64,000 nucleotides of DNA. It comes from Devosia sp. GTDB taxonomy: Bacteria; Pseudomonadota; Alphaproteobacteria; Rhizobiales; Devosiaceae. The notes beneath the pieces were generated by a model. The model made no database searches. It worked only from the letters and a program-made list of their open reading frames with translations, and had not been told where the DNA came from. Positions 25,497 through 33,274 of this stretch are shown in pieces; within the stretch, counting starts at the first letter, position 1, and each line of letters begins with the position of its first letter. The stretch is taken from NCBI GenBank assembly GCA_041916695.1, contig JAYRZA010000013.1, positions 34,990-98,989 of the forward strand, read 5' to 3'. The translations under genes were made by a program, and so were the position numbers.

Positions 25497-25714
25497 TGTC
25501 TCCCCTGGGGCGTCCACGAGGCCTGAGCCTCCCCCGGAAGGGACAGATTCCGTCCCCTTGCCAAGTCGTAAACGGCCCTCCGGGAATGATCAATGCGTAC
25601 TGATATACTATGCCTAAGGAAGCGAAGCCGTTCCGGGCTCGTGATAATTCCCGTGCGGGCCGGTCTTTGGCGTTGATGGCCGCCCTGTCGTCGACTGTCC
25701 CGTCGCGGTCACGA

Positions 25715-26647
25715 TTAAGTTACGGACGGGAGAGCCGAACTCGGCCGATCTCGCCCGAGCGGCCGCAAGGCATCTTTGTGATCGCCAAAGCGCTCTACAT
25801 AGGCCGAGGTGAGTCCCAGGCACTGCCTGGACCCGCAGTGCTGACGATAGGGGCACTGATAGAAGCCGTTGCGATCGAACTCGACCCAGAAATCGGTATC
25901 GATGACCAACTGGGGCTGCCCGTTCTCGAGCCGGTGCGCATCCCGGCCGAGGAGGCACTCCGGGACATTCTTGATCTCGACGGCGATACCGTGCTCGTCG
26001 GCGCGGCGACAGGCCTCGGCCAGATAGGGCACTATCTCGCGGTAGTCCGCCAGCAGGCCCTTGTCGTCGTGCTCGGTCATCGGGAAATAGTGCCAGAACT
26101 CCATCTGCGTCAGCGCCCCGATCGGCCTCAGCGCATCGACGACCGCAGGCAACAGGCGATAGCTGCGTTCCGTCACGACCGTGTTGGTGATCACCGCCGT
26201 TCCCGGAATCTCCGACACGATCTCCAGGCCGCGCATCATCTTGGAGAACGAGTTGGGGATGCAGGTGATCTCGTCGTGCGTAGCGGCGTCCGAACCGGCT
26301 ACCGAGACGAAGAACTCATCGACCCCGGCCTCGACCAGCTCCCGAGCGTAATTCGCCCGAGCCAGGTGCATGCCATGGGTCTGGATCCGGACGTGCTCGA
26401 AGCCGGCAGAACGCGCCTTCTGTGCCAATTCCGGAAGATCGCGGCGAAGCGTAATCTCGGAACCGGTGAGGATGAGACCGCTCCAGCGTCGCTCCTCCCG
26501 ATTGATCGCCAGCACACCCTCGAACTGCTGATCCGAAACCGGGGTCAGCCGATCCATCGTCCCTTCGATCATGCAGTGAACGCAGCGCAAGTTGCAGCGG
26601 AACTCCATGGTCAAGGAGACGTAGCGGCTGTGATCGTATCGTCCCAA
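25715..26647 (-). CDS. Radical SAM enzyme with Cys-rich SPASM/twitch-like C-terminus
   Basis: CxxxCxxC cluster motif (FRCNLRCVHCM) near the N-terminus, a GSE/ILTGSE SAM-binding-like motif, and a C-terminal CLLG...CPYRQHCGSRQCLGL. TTG start with a strong GAAGGAGA Shine-Dalgarno 5 nt upstream. Confidence 0.85.
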   Translation of the reverse strand: MGRYDHSRYVSLTMEFRCNLRCVHCMIEGTMDRLTPVSDQQFEGVLAINREERRWSGLILTGSEITLRRDLPELAQKARSAGFEHVRIQTHGMHLARANYARELVEAGVDEFFVSVAGSDAATHDEITCIPNSFSKMMRGLEIVSEIPGTAVITNTVVTERSYRLLPAVVDALRPIGALTQMEFWHYFPMTEHDDKGLLADYREIVPYLAEACRRADEHGIAVEIKNVPECLLGRDAHRLENGQPQLVIDTDFWVEFDRNGFYQCPYRQHCGSRQCLGLTSAYVERFGDHKDALRPLGRDRPSSALPSVT

Positions 26648-26721
26648 AGCGATCTCCTTCGCCCCGCGGAGCGCAGCAACGAACTCAGCTTAGGCCCGGC
26701 CCGGTGAAAACCAAAGCGCTG

Positions 26722-27516
26722 TCATGCGGGCCGCGGCACCGCCCCGAAGTAGATGGTCGCGAAGGGCTCGCCGTCACGCCCATGCCCCAGCGATACATGA
26801 CCGAGGAACGGATCCCCGGCTGCGGGCAGCGCAGCCGCCAGACTCGCGGCAGGGATTGCCAACCCTTGCGCCAGCCGACCCAGGGCAACCTGCTGAGCGG
26901 CCACGCGGACACTCGCGCCGTAGAGGTTGACATCAATCGAGCGCCTAGGGGTCCCCACATCAACGACTTCCATGGTGGGAAAGCCGTAGTCGGGGGCATT
27001 CGACACGGCACCCGCAAGAACGCTGTCGAGAAAATCGCGCAGAACCGGACTTAGCGTGAGGGCTTGTGCGACCTCCCTTATCGTGGACGCAGCACGAACG
27101 TCCGGCAAATCACGGTAGATCGAAAAAGTCGCCCGACGGCCGGGTACCCACTTTACCGCGAAGAACACCGTGTCGGGGGGCAGCAGCCCCGGCGGCCGCG
27201 CGCCAAGCGGAAATTCCAGGTAGATCTTGAGGGCGACATCACGATCATTGTCGGCGCCGAAGTGCACCGTCTCGGCATGGTCCACCAGGTCGACGAGTTG
27301 CCCGGCATCGTCCCGCGACAGCCCCAACTGCCGGGAAATGGAAAGCAGGCTGGCTTTCCTGTCCGGGTCGAGGCTACGCCCGACGAAGCTCAGAAGCAGT
27401 CGATCGGCCGAGACACGCCCCGGGGAGACCTTGATCGATCGCTCCTCAATGAACGGGAAGGAGAGCGTCGCGAGCACCTCCCGAAGCCCCGCCTCTCCGA
27501 GTCCTGATGGAATCAT
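26722..27516 (-). CDS. Hypothetical protein, unknown family (possibly an ABBA-barrel-like fold; weak guess)
   Basis: Co-directional ORF 74 nt upstream of the radical SAM gene, with GC-rich third codon positions. I prefer the ATG at 27516 (GGAAGGA 6 nt upstream) to the track's GTG at 27576. I recognise no motif. Repeated strand-like ends (LKIYLEF, FAVKWV, FSIY, IDVNLY, ATIYF) are reminiscent of aromatic prenyltransferase barrels. Confidence 0.6.
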   Translation of the reverse strand: MIPSGLGEAGLREVLATLSFPFIEERSIKVSPGRVSADRLLLSFVGRSLDPDRKASLLSISRQLGLSRDDAGQLVDLVDHAETVHFGADNDRDVALKIYLEFPLGARPPGLLPPDTVFFAVKWVPGRRATFSIYRDLPDVRAASTIREVAQALTLSPVLRDFLDSVLAGAVSNAPDYGFPTMEVVDVGTPRRSIDVNLYGASVRVAAQQVALGRLAQGLAIPAASLAAALPAAGDPFLGHVSLGHGRDGEPFATIYFGAVPRPA

Positions 27517-27653
27517 CGCCAGTCCTTCCGCCCGCCGATCCGCTGCCAGTCTAGCTAATACCCGAGGTCGGGCCACCGAAGCGAGCGCGAGGCAGTTGTC
27601 GAAACAGCTTGGGCCCGTTCGTCTATAGCTAGATGTTGGCGAAGGGATCGGAA

Positions 27654-28889
27654 ATGCGTTTGAACTACGGTTGGGTCATCGTCTCGGCAGGGGCAGTGAT
27701 TACCTGCGTGGCGATGGGTGCGATGTTCGCGCTGCCCGTCTATCTGCAACCTATTGCGGCGGACACCGGTTGGACCCGGGCCGGGATTTCCGGTGCGATG
27801 ACGTTGGGATTCGTCGTCATGGGCGTCGCCGGGTTCGGCTGGGGTGCGCTCAGCGACAGGATCGGCGCACGGCCGGTCGTACTGCTGGCGTCATTGCTGC
27901 TGGTTGCGGGGCTGGTACTGGCCAGCCGGGCGACGGACCTGCTCAGCTTCCAGTTCGCCTATGGCGGTCTGGTCGGCGCTTCGGGGGGCGCCTTCTTCGC
28001 GCCTATCATGGCGGCCACGGTCGGCTGGTTTGACAAGCACCGCAGCCTGGCCGTGTCGCTGGTTTCGGTCGGTGGCGGCGTCGCGCCGATGATCATCACG
28101 CCTCTTGCGAGCCTGTTGATCGAGACCTACGGGTGGCGGGCAGCCATGCTGAGCATCGCGATCGGAGCGCTGGTGGTGCTGATTCCAACAGCTCTTCTCA
28201 TTCGCCGCAGACCCTCCCCGAGCGAACCGGGACCGCTAGAGTCAGCGGGGTCAGGCGGGGTCGCGACGAGTCGCCGGCCTTCTGCCGGATCGGTGCTCAG
28301 GACCCCGCAGTTCATCGTCCTGGCCGCGACCTTCTTTCTGTGTTGCGCGGCCCACTCGGGGCCGATCTTTCACACGGTCAGCTACGCGATGATCTGCGGC
28401 GCCTCCGCCCTCGCGGCGGCCAGCATATATAGCGTCGAGGGCGTGGCGGGACTCGTCGGACGGCTGGTTTTCGGGATTGCCGCCGACCGGTTCGGGGTGA
28501 GACGCGTGCTGGTCGCCGGCCTGGCGCTGCAGGCCGCCGGCATCCTTGTCTACATCTATGTGACCGAACTCACGGGGTTCTATGCGCTCGCAGCGATCCT
28601 CGGGATGGCCTATGGGGGCGTGATGCCCCTGTATGCGGTGCTGGCCCGCGACTATTTCGGACCGACGGTGATGGGTACCGTTCTAGGAGCGGCGACCATG
28701 ACGTCCAGTATCGGCATGGCTTTCGGGCCGGTCGGCGGGGGCTGGCTCTACGACACGTTCGGGACCTACCACTGGCTCTACATCGCCTCAGCGGCGGTAG
28801 GACTGGCCGCCGCAGCGATGGCGCTCGCCTTTCCGCCCCCCTCGAGTCCGAGCGCTTCCCGTCCGGCCCCTCAGGCCCTGGCAGCTTGA
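27654..28889 (+). CDS. MFS transporter (oxalate/formate antiporter-like / monocarboxylate-type subfamily)
   Basis: About 12 hydrophobic segments. The loop motif GALSDRIGARP after TM2 is typical of MFS. ATG at 27654 with AAGGGA 5 nt upstream; the track start at 27633 lacks a Shine-Dalgarno. Confidence 0.85.
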   Translation: MRLNYGWVIVSAGAVITCVAMGAMFALPVYLQPIAADTGWTRAGISGAMTLGFVVMGVAGFGWGALSDRIGARPVVLLASLLLVAGLVLASRATDLLSFQFAYGGLVGASGGAFFAPIMAATVGWFDKHRSLAVSLVSVGGGVAPMIITPLASLLIETYGWRAAMLSIAIGALVVLIPTALLIRRRPSPSEPGPLESAGSGGVATSRRPSAGSVLRTPQFIVLAATFFLCCAAHSGPIFHTVSYAMICGASALAAASIYSVEGVAGLVGRLVFGIAADRFGVRRVLVAGLALQAAGILVYIYVTELTGFYALAAILGMAYGGVMPLYAVLARDYFGPTVMGTVLGAATMTSSIGMAFGPVGGGWLYDTFGTYHWLYIASAAVGLAAAAMALAFPPPSSPSASRPAPQALAA

Positions 28890-28912
28890 TGCACCTCCAG
28901 GCCCCCCGGCTA

Positions 28913-28950
28913 TTGACAGGAGGTTCGGGCGTGCATACTTAATTGTATGC
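28913..28950 (+). promoter_or_regulatory. Candidate sigma70 promoter (TTGACA-N17-TACTTA) plus 18-bp palindromic operator overlapping the arsR-family start codon
   Basis: TTGACA 28913-28918, a 17-nt spacer, TACTTA 28936-28941. The palindrome GCATACttaattGTATGC spans 28933-28950 and the ATG is at 28947, so the transcript would be leaderless or nearly so. Confidence 0.5.
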
Positions 28951-29285
28951 TTAACCAAGAAATCCCGCTGGATCTGATGTTCCAGGCGCTGGCCGACCCG
29001 ACGCGACGGCGGATGGTGGATCGGCTGAGCCACGGCCCGGCTTCAGTCAGCGAATTGGCCGAGCCGTTCGCGATGTCGCTGCCCGCCGTAGTGCAGCACC
29101 TCAAGGTGCTGGAAGAAAGCGGTCTGGTGCGGACCGCGAAGGTCGGCCGGGTGAGGACCTGCACCATGGATGCCGGTGCGCTTGGGATGGTCGAGAGTTG
29201 GCTGAGCGAAAGGCGGCTCGGATGGGAGCGGCGCCTGGATCGACTCGGAGCGTTTCTCGACGCGCTGCCGGATGACGAGCGCTGA
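28947..29285 (+). CDS. ArsR/SmtB family transcriptional regulator
   Basis: FQALADPTRRRMVDRLSHGPASVSELAEPFAMSLPAVVQHLKVLEESGLV is a canonical ArsR-type winged HTH. Confidence 0.85.
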   Translation: MLNQEIPLDLMFQALADPTRRRMVDRLSHGPASVSELAEPFAMSLPAVVQHLKVLEESGLVRTAKVGRVRTCTMDAGALGMVESWLSERRLGWERRLDRLGAFLDALPDDER

Positions 29286-29327
29286 GGCGCATCCGACAAA
29301 GCCTTCGATGGAACAGAGGCCCCAATC

Positions 29328-29783
29328 ATGACCGAACGCTCGATTGTGTACGGTACTTTTGCGGTCAGTCGCCGCTACCCGCATCCGGTCTCCAGGGTGT
29401 TCGCGGCCTGGTCAGAACCGGGATTGAAGCGGAAGTGGTTCGGCTCGCCGGATCCCGCCAATGCCTCAGCCGTGTTCGAGTTCCGCGAGGGCGGGCGCGA
29501 GTACAACGCGGACCGGATGGGGACCGACCTATATACCTTCGATGCGCGCTATCACGACATCGTTCCGGACAACCGCATCGTCTATACCTACGAGATGACG
29601 ATGAACGGTCAGCGTATCTCCGTCTCGCTGGCCACCGTTTCGTTCACGGTCACAGCGGACGGAACGCACCTGACTGTCCGGGAGGACGGTGCCTTTCTCG
29701 ACGGGTTCGATTCCGTGCAGCAGCGAGAGGCGGGAACGAACTACCTGATGGATCAGCTAGGCGTTTGGCTCGATCAGGGCTGA
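29328..29783 (+). CDS. SRPBCC/AHSA1-domain protein (Aha1-like), usual partner of ArsR regulators
   Basis: About 150 aa. FAVSRRYPHPVSRVFAAWSEPGLKRKWFG...IVYTYEM...VSLATVSF resembles the AHSA1/START-like family. The ArsR-SRPBCC gene pair is a common arrangement. Confidence 0.75.
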   Translation: MTERSIVYGTFAVSRRYPHPVSRVFAAWSEPGLKRKWFGSPDPANASAVFEFREGGREYNADRMGTDLYTFDARYHDIVPDNRIVYTYEMTMNGQRISVSLATVSFTVTADGTHLTVREDGAFLDGFDSVQQREAGTNYLMDQLGVWLDQG

Positions 29784-30043
29784 ACGCGACCCGCGACGCG
29801 CCTGGGCACGAACGGACGGGAGCCATCGGCGCTGTCGTGCAGGCTCGACCAAATGACCCAGTATCTGCCTTCCTGATCCGGCACCAGCACCTGGCACTCG
29901 CGCCCGGAGGCCTCATAGCGGGCCAGTGACCGCGCCTCCAGCGCCGCGTTCTCACGGGAGGCATAGGGGCCATGTGACTTCCCCTCGAAGTCAACCCACC
30001 AGTTGTCCTGGCTGCGGATAACCAGATAGAGCGCCTTGGCCAT
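29774..30043 (-). CDS. Small hypothetical protein (89 aa)
   Basis: Internal ATG at 30043 of track ORF 29774..30250, with GGAG 11 nt upstream. It reads MAKALYLVIRSQDNWWVDFEGKSHGPYASRENAALEARSLARYEASG.... The long N-terminal extension in the track looks non-coding (Arg/Ser-rich). Confidence 0.4.
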   Translation of the reverse strand: MAKALYLVIRSQDNWWVDFEGKSHGPYASRENAALEARSLARYEASGRECQVLVPDQEGRYWVIWSSLHDSADGSRPFVPRRVAGRVQP

Positions 30044-30183
30044 GAGGCGGTCACTCCGTGACTGATACGCAAAACTACAGCGATTCCGGCCCGGCCGGCT
30101 ACGCGACGACGTCAGTTTGGCACAGTGACGGCCAGATACCAGCCCCCGCATCGCCGCAGTCCCGATCACGAAATGGGTCGCGT

Positions 30184-30212
30184 TGATCCGGATCGCGGGT
30201 CGGTCCGTAAGA
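30184..30212 (+). promoter_or_regulatory. ECF sigmaE (RpoE/ChrR-group) type promoter: TGATCC-N16-CGTAAGA
   Basis: TGATCC at 30184-30189, a 16-nt spacer, CGTAAGA at 30206-30212, about 25 nt upstream of the rpoE start. It resembles the Rhodobacter sphaeroides sigmaE promoter consensus as I recall it (TGATC...TAAGA / CGTA). Confidence 0.6.
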
Positions 30213-30237
30213 TGCCATCGACAGCGTGGAGCCGCCG

Positions 30238-30834
30238 ATGTACGCGACAAGCATGACAGAAGCGAACTCGCCCAAGGGCGTGGCGCCCGAGGGCGCCGAG
30301 CCAGCCGAACTGATCCGCCGGGTTGCAGAGCGCCGCGACAAGGCGGCGCTGTCCGCGCTGTTTCTGCAGTTTGCCCCCCGCATCAAGTCCATGATGCTTC
30401 GTCTGGGCGTGGACGGCGCGCACGCGGAGGACCTGACGCAGGAGGCCATGCTGTCTGTGTGGCGCAAGGCGCACTTCTACTCGCCCAGCAAGGGAGCCGC
30501 GAGCACCTGGATATTCACCATCGCGCGCAATCTCAGGATCGATGCGGCGCGGCGTCAGTCAAACCGCCCCTATGTCGACCTCGAGGGGATCGAGGTCGAG
30601 AGCGAGGCGCCGCACAGCCACACCCTGCTCGAGCAGAGCCAGGTGGTTGCGCGGGTCAGCAAGGCACTCGAGGTGCTGCCGGAAGAGCAGCGCGAAGTGG
30701 TGCGGCTCAGCTTCATCAAGGAGCTGTCGCAGTCCGAAATCGCCGAGCGGATCGGCATTCCGCTCGGTACCGTGAAATCGAGGTTGCGCCTTGCCTATGA
30801 CAGGCTGCGGCCGCTGCTGGAGGACCTGCATTGA
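30238..30834 (+). CDS. rpoE: ECF RNA polymerase sigma factor, RpoE (ChrR-partnered) type
   Basis: Region 2 (DLTQEAMLSVWRKA) and region 4 (REVVRLSFIKELSQSEIAERIGIPLGTVKSRL) motifs. The stop overlaps the start of the anti-sigma gene (TTGA). I prefer the ATG at 30238 (GGAG 6 nt upstream) to the track's GTG at 30226. Confidence 0.85.
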   Translation: MYATSMTEANSPKGVAPEGAEPAELIRRVAERRDKAALSALFLQFAPRIKSMMLRLGVDGAHAEDLTQEAMLSVWRKAHFYSPSKGAASTWIFTIARNLRIDAARRQSNRPYVDLEGIEVESEAPHSHTLLEQSQVVARVSKALEVLPEEQREVVRLSFIKELSQSEIAERIGIPLGTVKSRLRLAYDRLRPLLEDLH

Positions 30835-31475
30835 CGATCTCCTTCCACCCCGACATCGCGACGCTGATGGCGTTCTCGGCGGGCACGCTGGAGGAACCGT
30901 ACACGGTTGTCGTGGCGACCCACCTTGCGATGTGCGAAGCGTGCCGCGAGCAGGTCAAGCGAATCGACCTGATCGGTGGCGCATTCCTGACGGCCGAGCC
31001 GGAGGCCGACATGGCCTCGGGCTCGCTTGACAGGCTGCTCGCCGCCGCCGATGACGAAGACGTCGCACCCGTTTTGCCGCCGACCGACTCGCACGTGCCG
31101 GCTCCAATCGCGCATCACCTGCCTCGCGGGCTTGACGGCGTGAGATGGCGTTGGTCCGGCCCCGGCGTGGCCGTAGCCGACCTGCCTTGCAGCAGGTCAG
31201 CAAAGGGACGCCTCATGCTGCTGCGGGTCGAGGCAGGTCGCCGCGTGCCGGAGCACAGCCACGGCGGCCAGGAATTGACGCTCATCCTGCAGGGCGCGTA
31301 TCGGGACAGGTTCGGTCGCTTCGGCACAGGCGACATCGCCGACCACGACGAGGACGTGGAACACCAACCCGTTGCGGAGCCCGGCGATGACTGCATATGC
31401 CTTGTGGCCGTCGACGCAAAGCTGAGCTTCCGCAGCCGGCTGGTACGGACGTTGCAGCCCTTGTTCGGGCTATGA
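30831..31475 (+). CDS. chrR: ChrR-family anti-sigma-E factor (ZAS motif + cupin domain)
   Basis: The N-terminal HLAMCEAC fits H-x3-C-x2-C. The C-terminal cupin reads VPEHSHGGQELTLILQGAY. It is translationally coupled to rpoE. Confidence 0.85.
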   Translation: MTISFHPDIATLMAFSAGTLEEPYTVVVATHLAMCEACREQVKRIDLIGGAFLTAEPEADMASGSLDRLLAAADDEDVAPVLPPTDSHVPAPIAHHLPRGLDGVRWRWSGPGVAVADLPCSRSAKGRLMLLRVEAGRRVPEHSHGGQELTLILQGAYRDRFGRFGTGDIADHDEDVEHQPVAEPGDDCICLVAVDAKLSFRSRLVRTLQPLFGL

Positions 31476-32233
31476 GCGCGGAGCCCGGTCGGACCGCTTG
31501 GATCATTGGCGGCGGTTCCGGGATCGGTGCGGCAATGGCGAGACTGCTGGCCGCAAAGGGATGGAGCGTTGCCATTTCCGGCCGGCGCGCCGACCGGCTT
31601 GCCGAGGTGGCAGCCAGTTCGCGGCTGATCGGCGCCTACCCGCTTGACGTCACGGAGCGGGCTGCCGTGCAAAGCGTTATGGAGCAGGTGGTCACCGACC
31701 TGGGACGGATCGAGCTCTTCGTGTTCGGCGCGGCTACCTGGCAGCCGCTGACGGTGGGGGACTACGAGTTTGGCCAGTTCCAGCGTCTGGTCGACACCAA
31801 CCTCATGGGGTTCGTGCGGATGGCCAACCCGGTGGTGTCGCAGATGACCCGGCAGGGTGGTGGACAACTGGCCGTCATCGCGTCGGTAGCAGGGTATTTC
31901 GGCCTCCCCCGGGCCGCCGCCTACAATGCCACCAAAGGTGCACTGATCAACCTGCTGCAGACCATGCGGACAGAACTCGAGCCCCGGGGCATTCGGGTCA
32001 GGATGATCGCACCAGGCTTCTTCAAGTCCGAACTCACCGCCAAGAACGACTTCCCAATGCCCTTCCTGATGGAAACGGAAGCGGCAGCGCAGCGGGCGGT
32101 GGACGGGCTGCTGGACTCATCGCGATTCGAGATCGCCTTCCCGCGCCGGCTGGTCTGGCCGCTCAAGCTGATGCGGATGCTGCCCTACCCGCTGTTCTTC
32201 GCCATCACCAGAATGATGATGCCGAAGCTGTAG
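31472..32233 (+). CDS. Short-chain dehydrogenase/reductase (SDR)
   Basis: TAWIIGGGSGIGAAMA (TGxxxGxG), NLMG, SVAGY...YNATKGAL (YxxxK). ATGA start/stop overlap with chrR (start at 31472). Confidence 0.85.
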   Translation: MSAEPGRTAWIIGGGSGIGAAMARLLAAKGWSVAISGRRADRLAEVAASSRLIGAYPLDVTERAAVQSVMEQVVTDLGRIELFVFGAATWQPLTVGDYEFGQFQRLVDTNLMGFVRMANPVVSQMTRQGGGQLAVIASVAGYFGLPRAAAYNATKGALINLLQTMRTELEPRGIRVRMIAPGFFKSELTAKNDFPMPFLMETEAAAQRAVDGLLDSSRFEIAFPRRLVWPLKLMRMLPYPLFFAITRMMMPKL

Positions 32234-32285
32234 CCATTCGCGACTATGTAGGTCACTATGATCTCCGTATTCGCGGAGGCTACCT

Positions 32286-33251
32286 GTGCCGAAGCTCAAG
32301 GTCATTTTCGACACTGATCCAGGCATCGACGATGCTATGGCGCTCCTGTTGCTTGCGCGCCATCCTCTTGTCGAGATAGCGGGCATCACCACCGTGTTCG
32401 GCAACGGGACAATCGGGACCGTGACCCGCAACGCGCTCTACCTCGCAGCCCGTTTCGGCATTTCTGCCCCGGTGGCGCGCGGTGCGGACAAGCCCTTGTC
32501 CGGCGAGGCGGCCCCCCCGCCGACGTTTGTCCACGGTCACAACGGATTGGGCGGTATTATCCTGCCTCCGGTGCAGGGCAATCTCGACCCACGCCCCGCG
32601 CATCGCTTGATCGCCGATGTGGTCCGTTCTGACCCCGGCGTGGTGACTGTCATAGCAGTCGGCAGGATGACCAACCTCGCCCTCGCACTCGCCGAGGCGC
32701 CGGACATCGTTGGCAAGGTGTCACGGGTTGTGGTGATGGGAGGTGCCTTCGGGCGCGGCGGACACACCGGCAACGTGACGCCGGTGGCCGAGGCTAATAT
32801 CTGGGGCGACCCCCTGGCCGCCGATATCGTCTTCGGCGCCGATTGGCCCGTAACCATCGTGCCACTCGACGTCTCACAGGAAACGCAGATGTCGGACCGA
32901 TACCTGGCCGATCTGGCCGAGGTGGCCGGCGACGACGGCCGCTTCGTGCGAAGGGTATCGGCCTTCTACCAGGAATTCCACCGGCAAAGCGCGGGGCTAG
33001 ACGGCTTCTACGTGCACGACTCGAGCGCAGTTGCTTATGCTCTGCACCCCGAGTTCTTCCGCACCGAGAGCGGTACCGTTCGCGTCGTCACCGACGGCAT
33101 TGCGGTGGGGCAGACCCTGATCAAGCCCGACGCCAAGCGCTTCCCGCCGAGCGCCTGGGACAACCGTCCGAGCCAGACGATCTGCACCGAGGTCAACTCG
33201 GCCGCCGTGCTCGACCTCTATCGCCGGACGCTGCTGGGCCACGGAACCTGA
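32286..33251 (+). CDS. Nucleoside hydrolase (inosine/uridine-preferring family)
   Basis: N-terminal VIFDTDPGIDDAMAL aspartate cluster. GTG start with GGAGG 7 nt upstream. Confidence 0.85.
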   Translation: MPKLKVIFDTDPGIDDAMALLLLARHPLVEIAGITTVFGNGTIGTVTRNALYLAARFGISAPVARGADKPLSGEAAPPPTFVHGHNGLGGIILPPVQGNLDPRPAHRLIADVVRSDPGVVTVIAVGRMTNLALALAEAPDIVGKVSRVVVMGGAFGRGGHTGNVTPVAEANIWGDPLAADIVFGADWPVTIVPLDVSQETQMSDRYLADLAEVAGDDGRFVRRVSAFYQEFHRQSAGLDGFYVHDSSAVAYALHPEFFRTESGTVRVVTDGIAVGQTLIKPDAKRFPPSAWDNRPSQTICTEVNSAAVLDLYRRTLLGHGT

Positions 33252-33274
33252 GGCCAGGAAGCGGGAGGACGGGC

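Noticed and set aside
25610-26707. 365-aa plus-strand ORF
   Set aside because: It is antisense to the radical SAM gene, which has the CxxxCxxC motif and a strong Shine-Dalgarno. The plus-strand product has no recognisable features.
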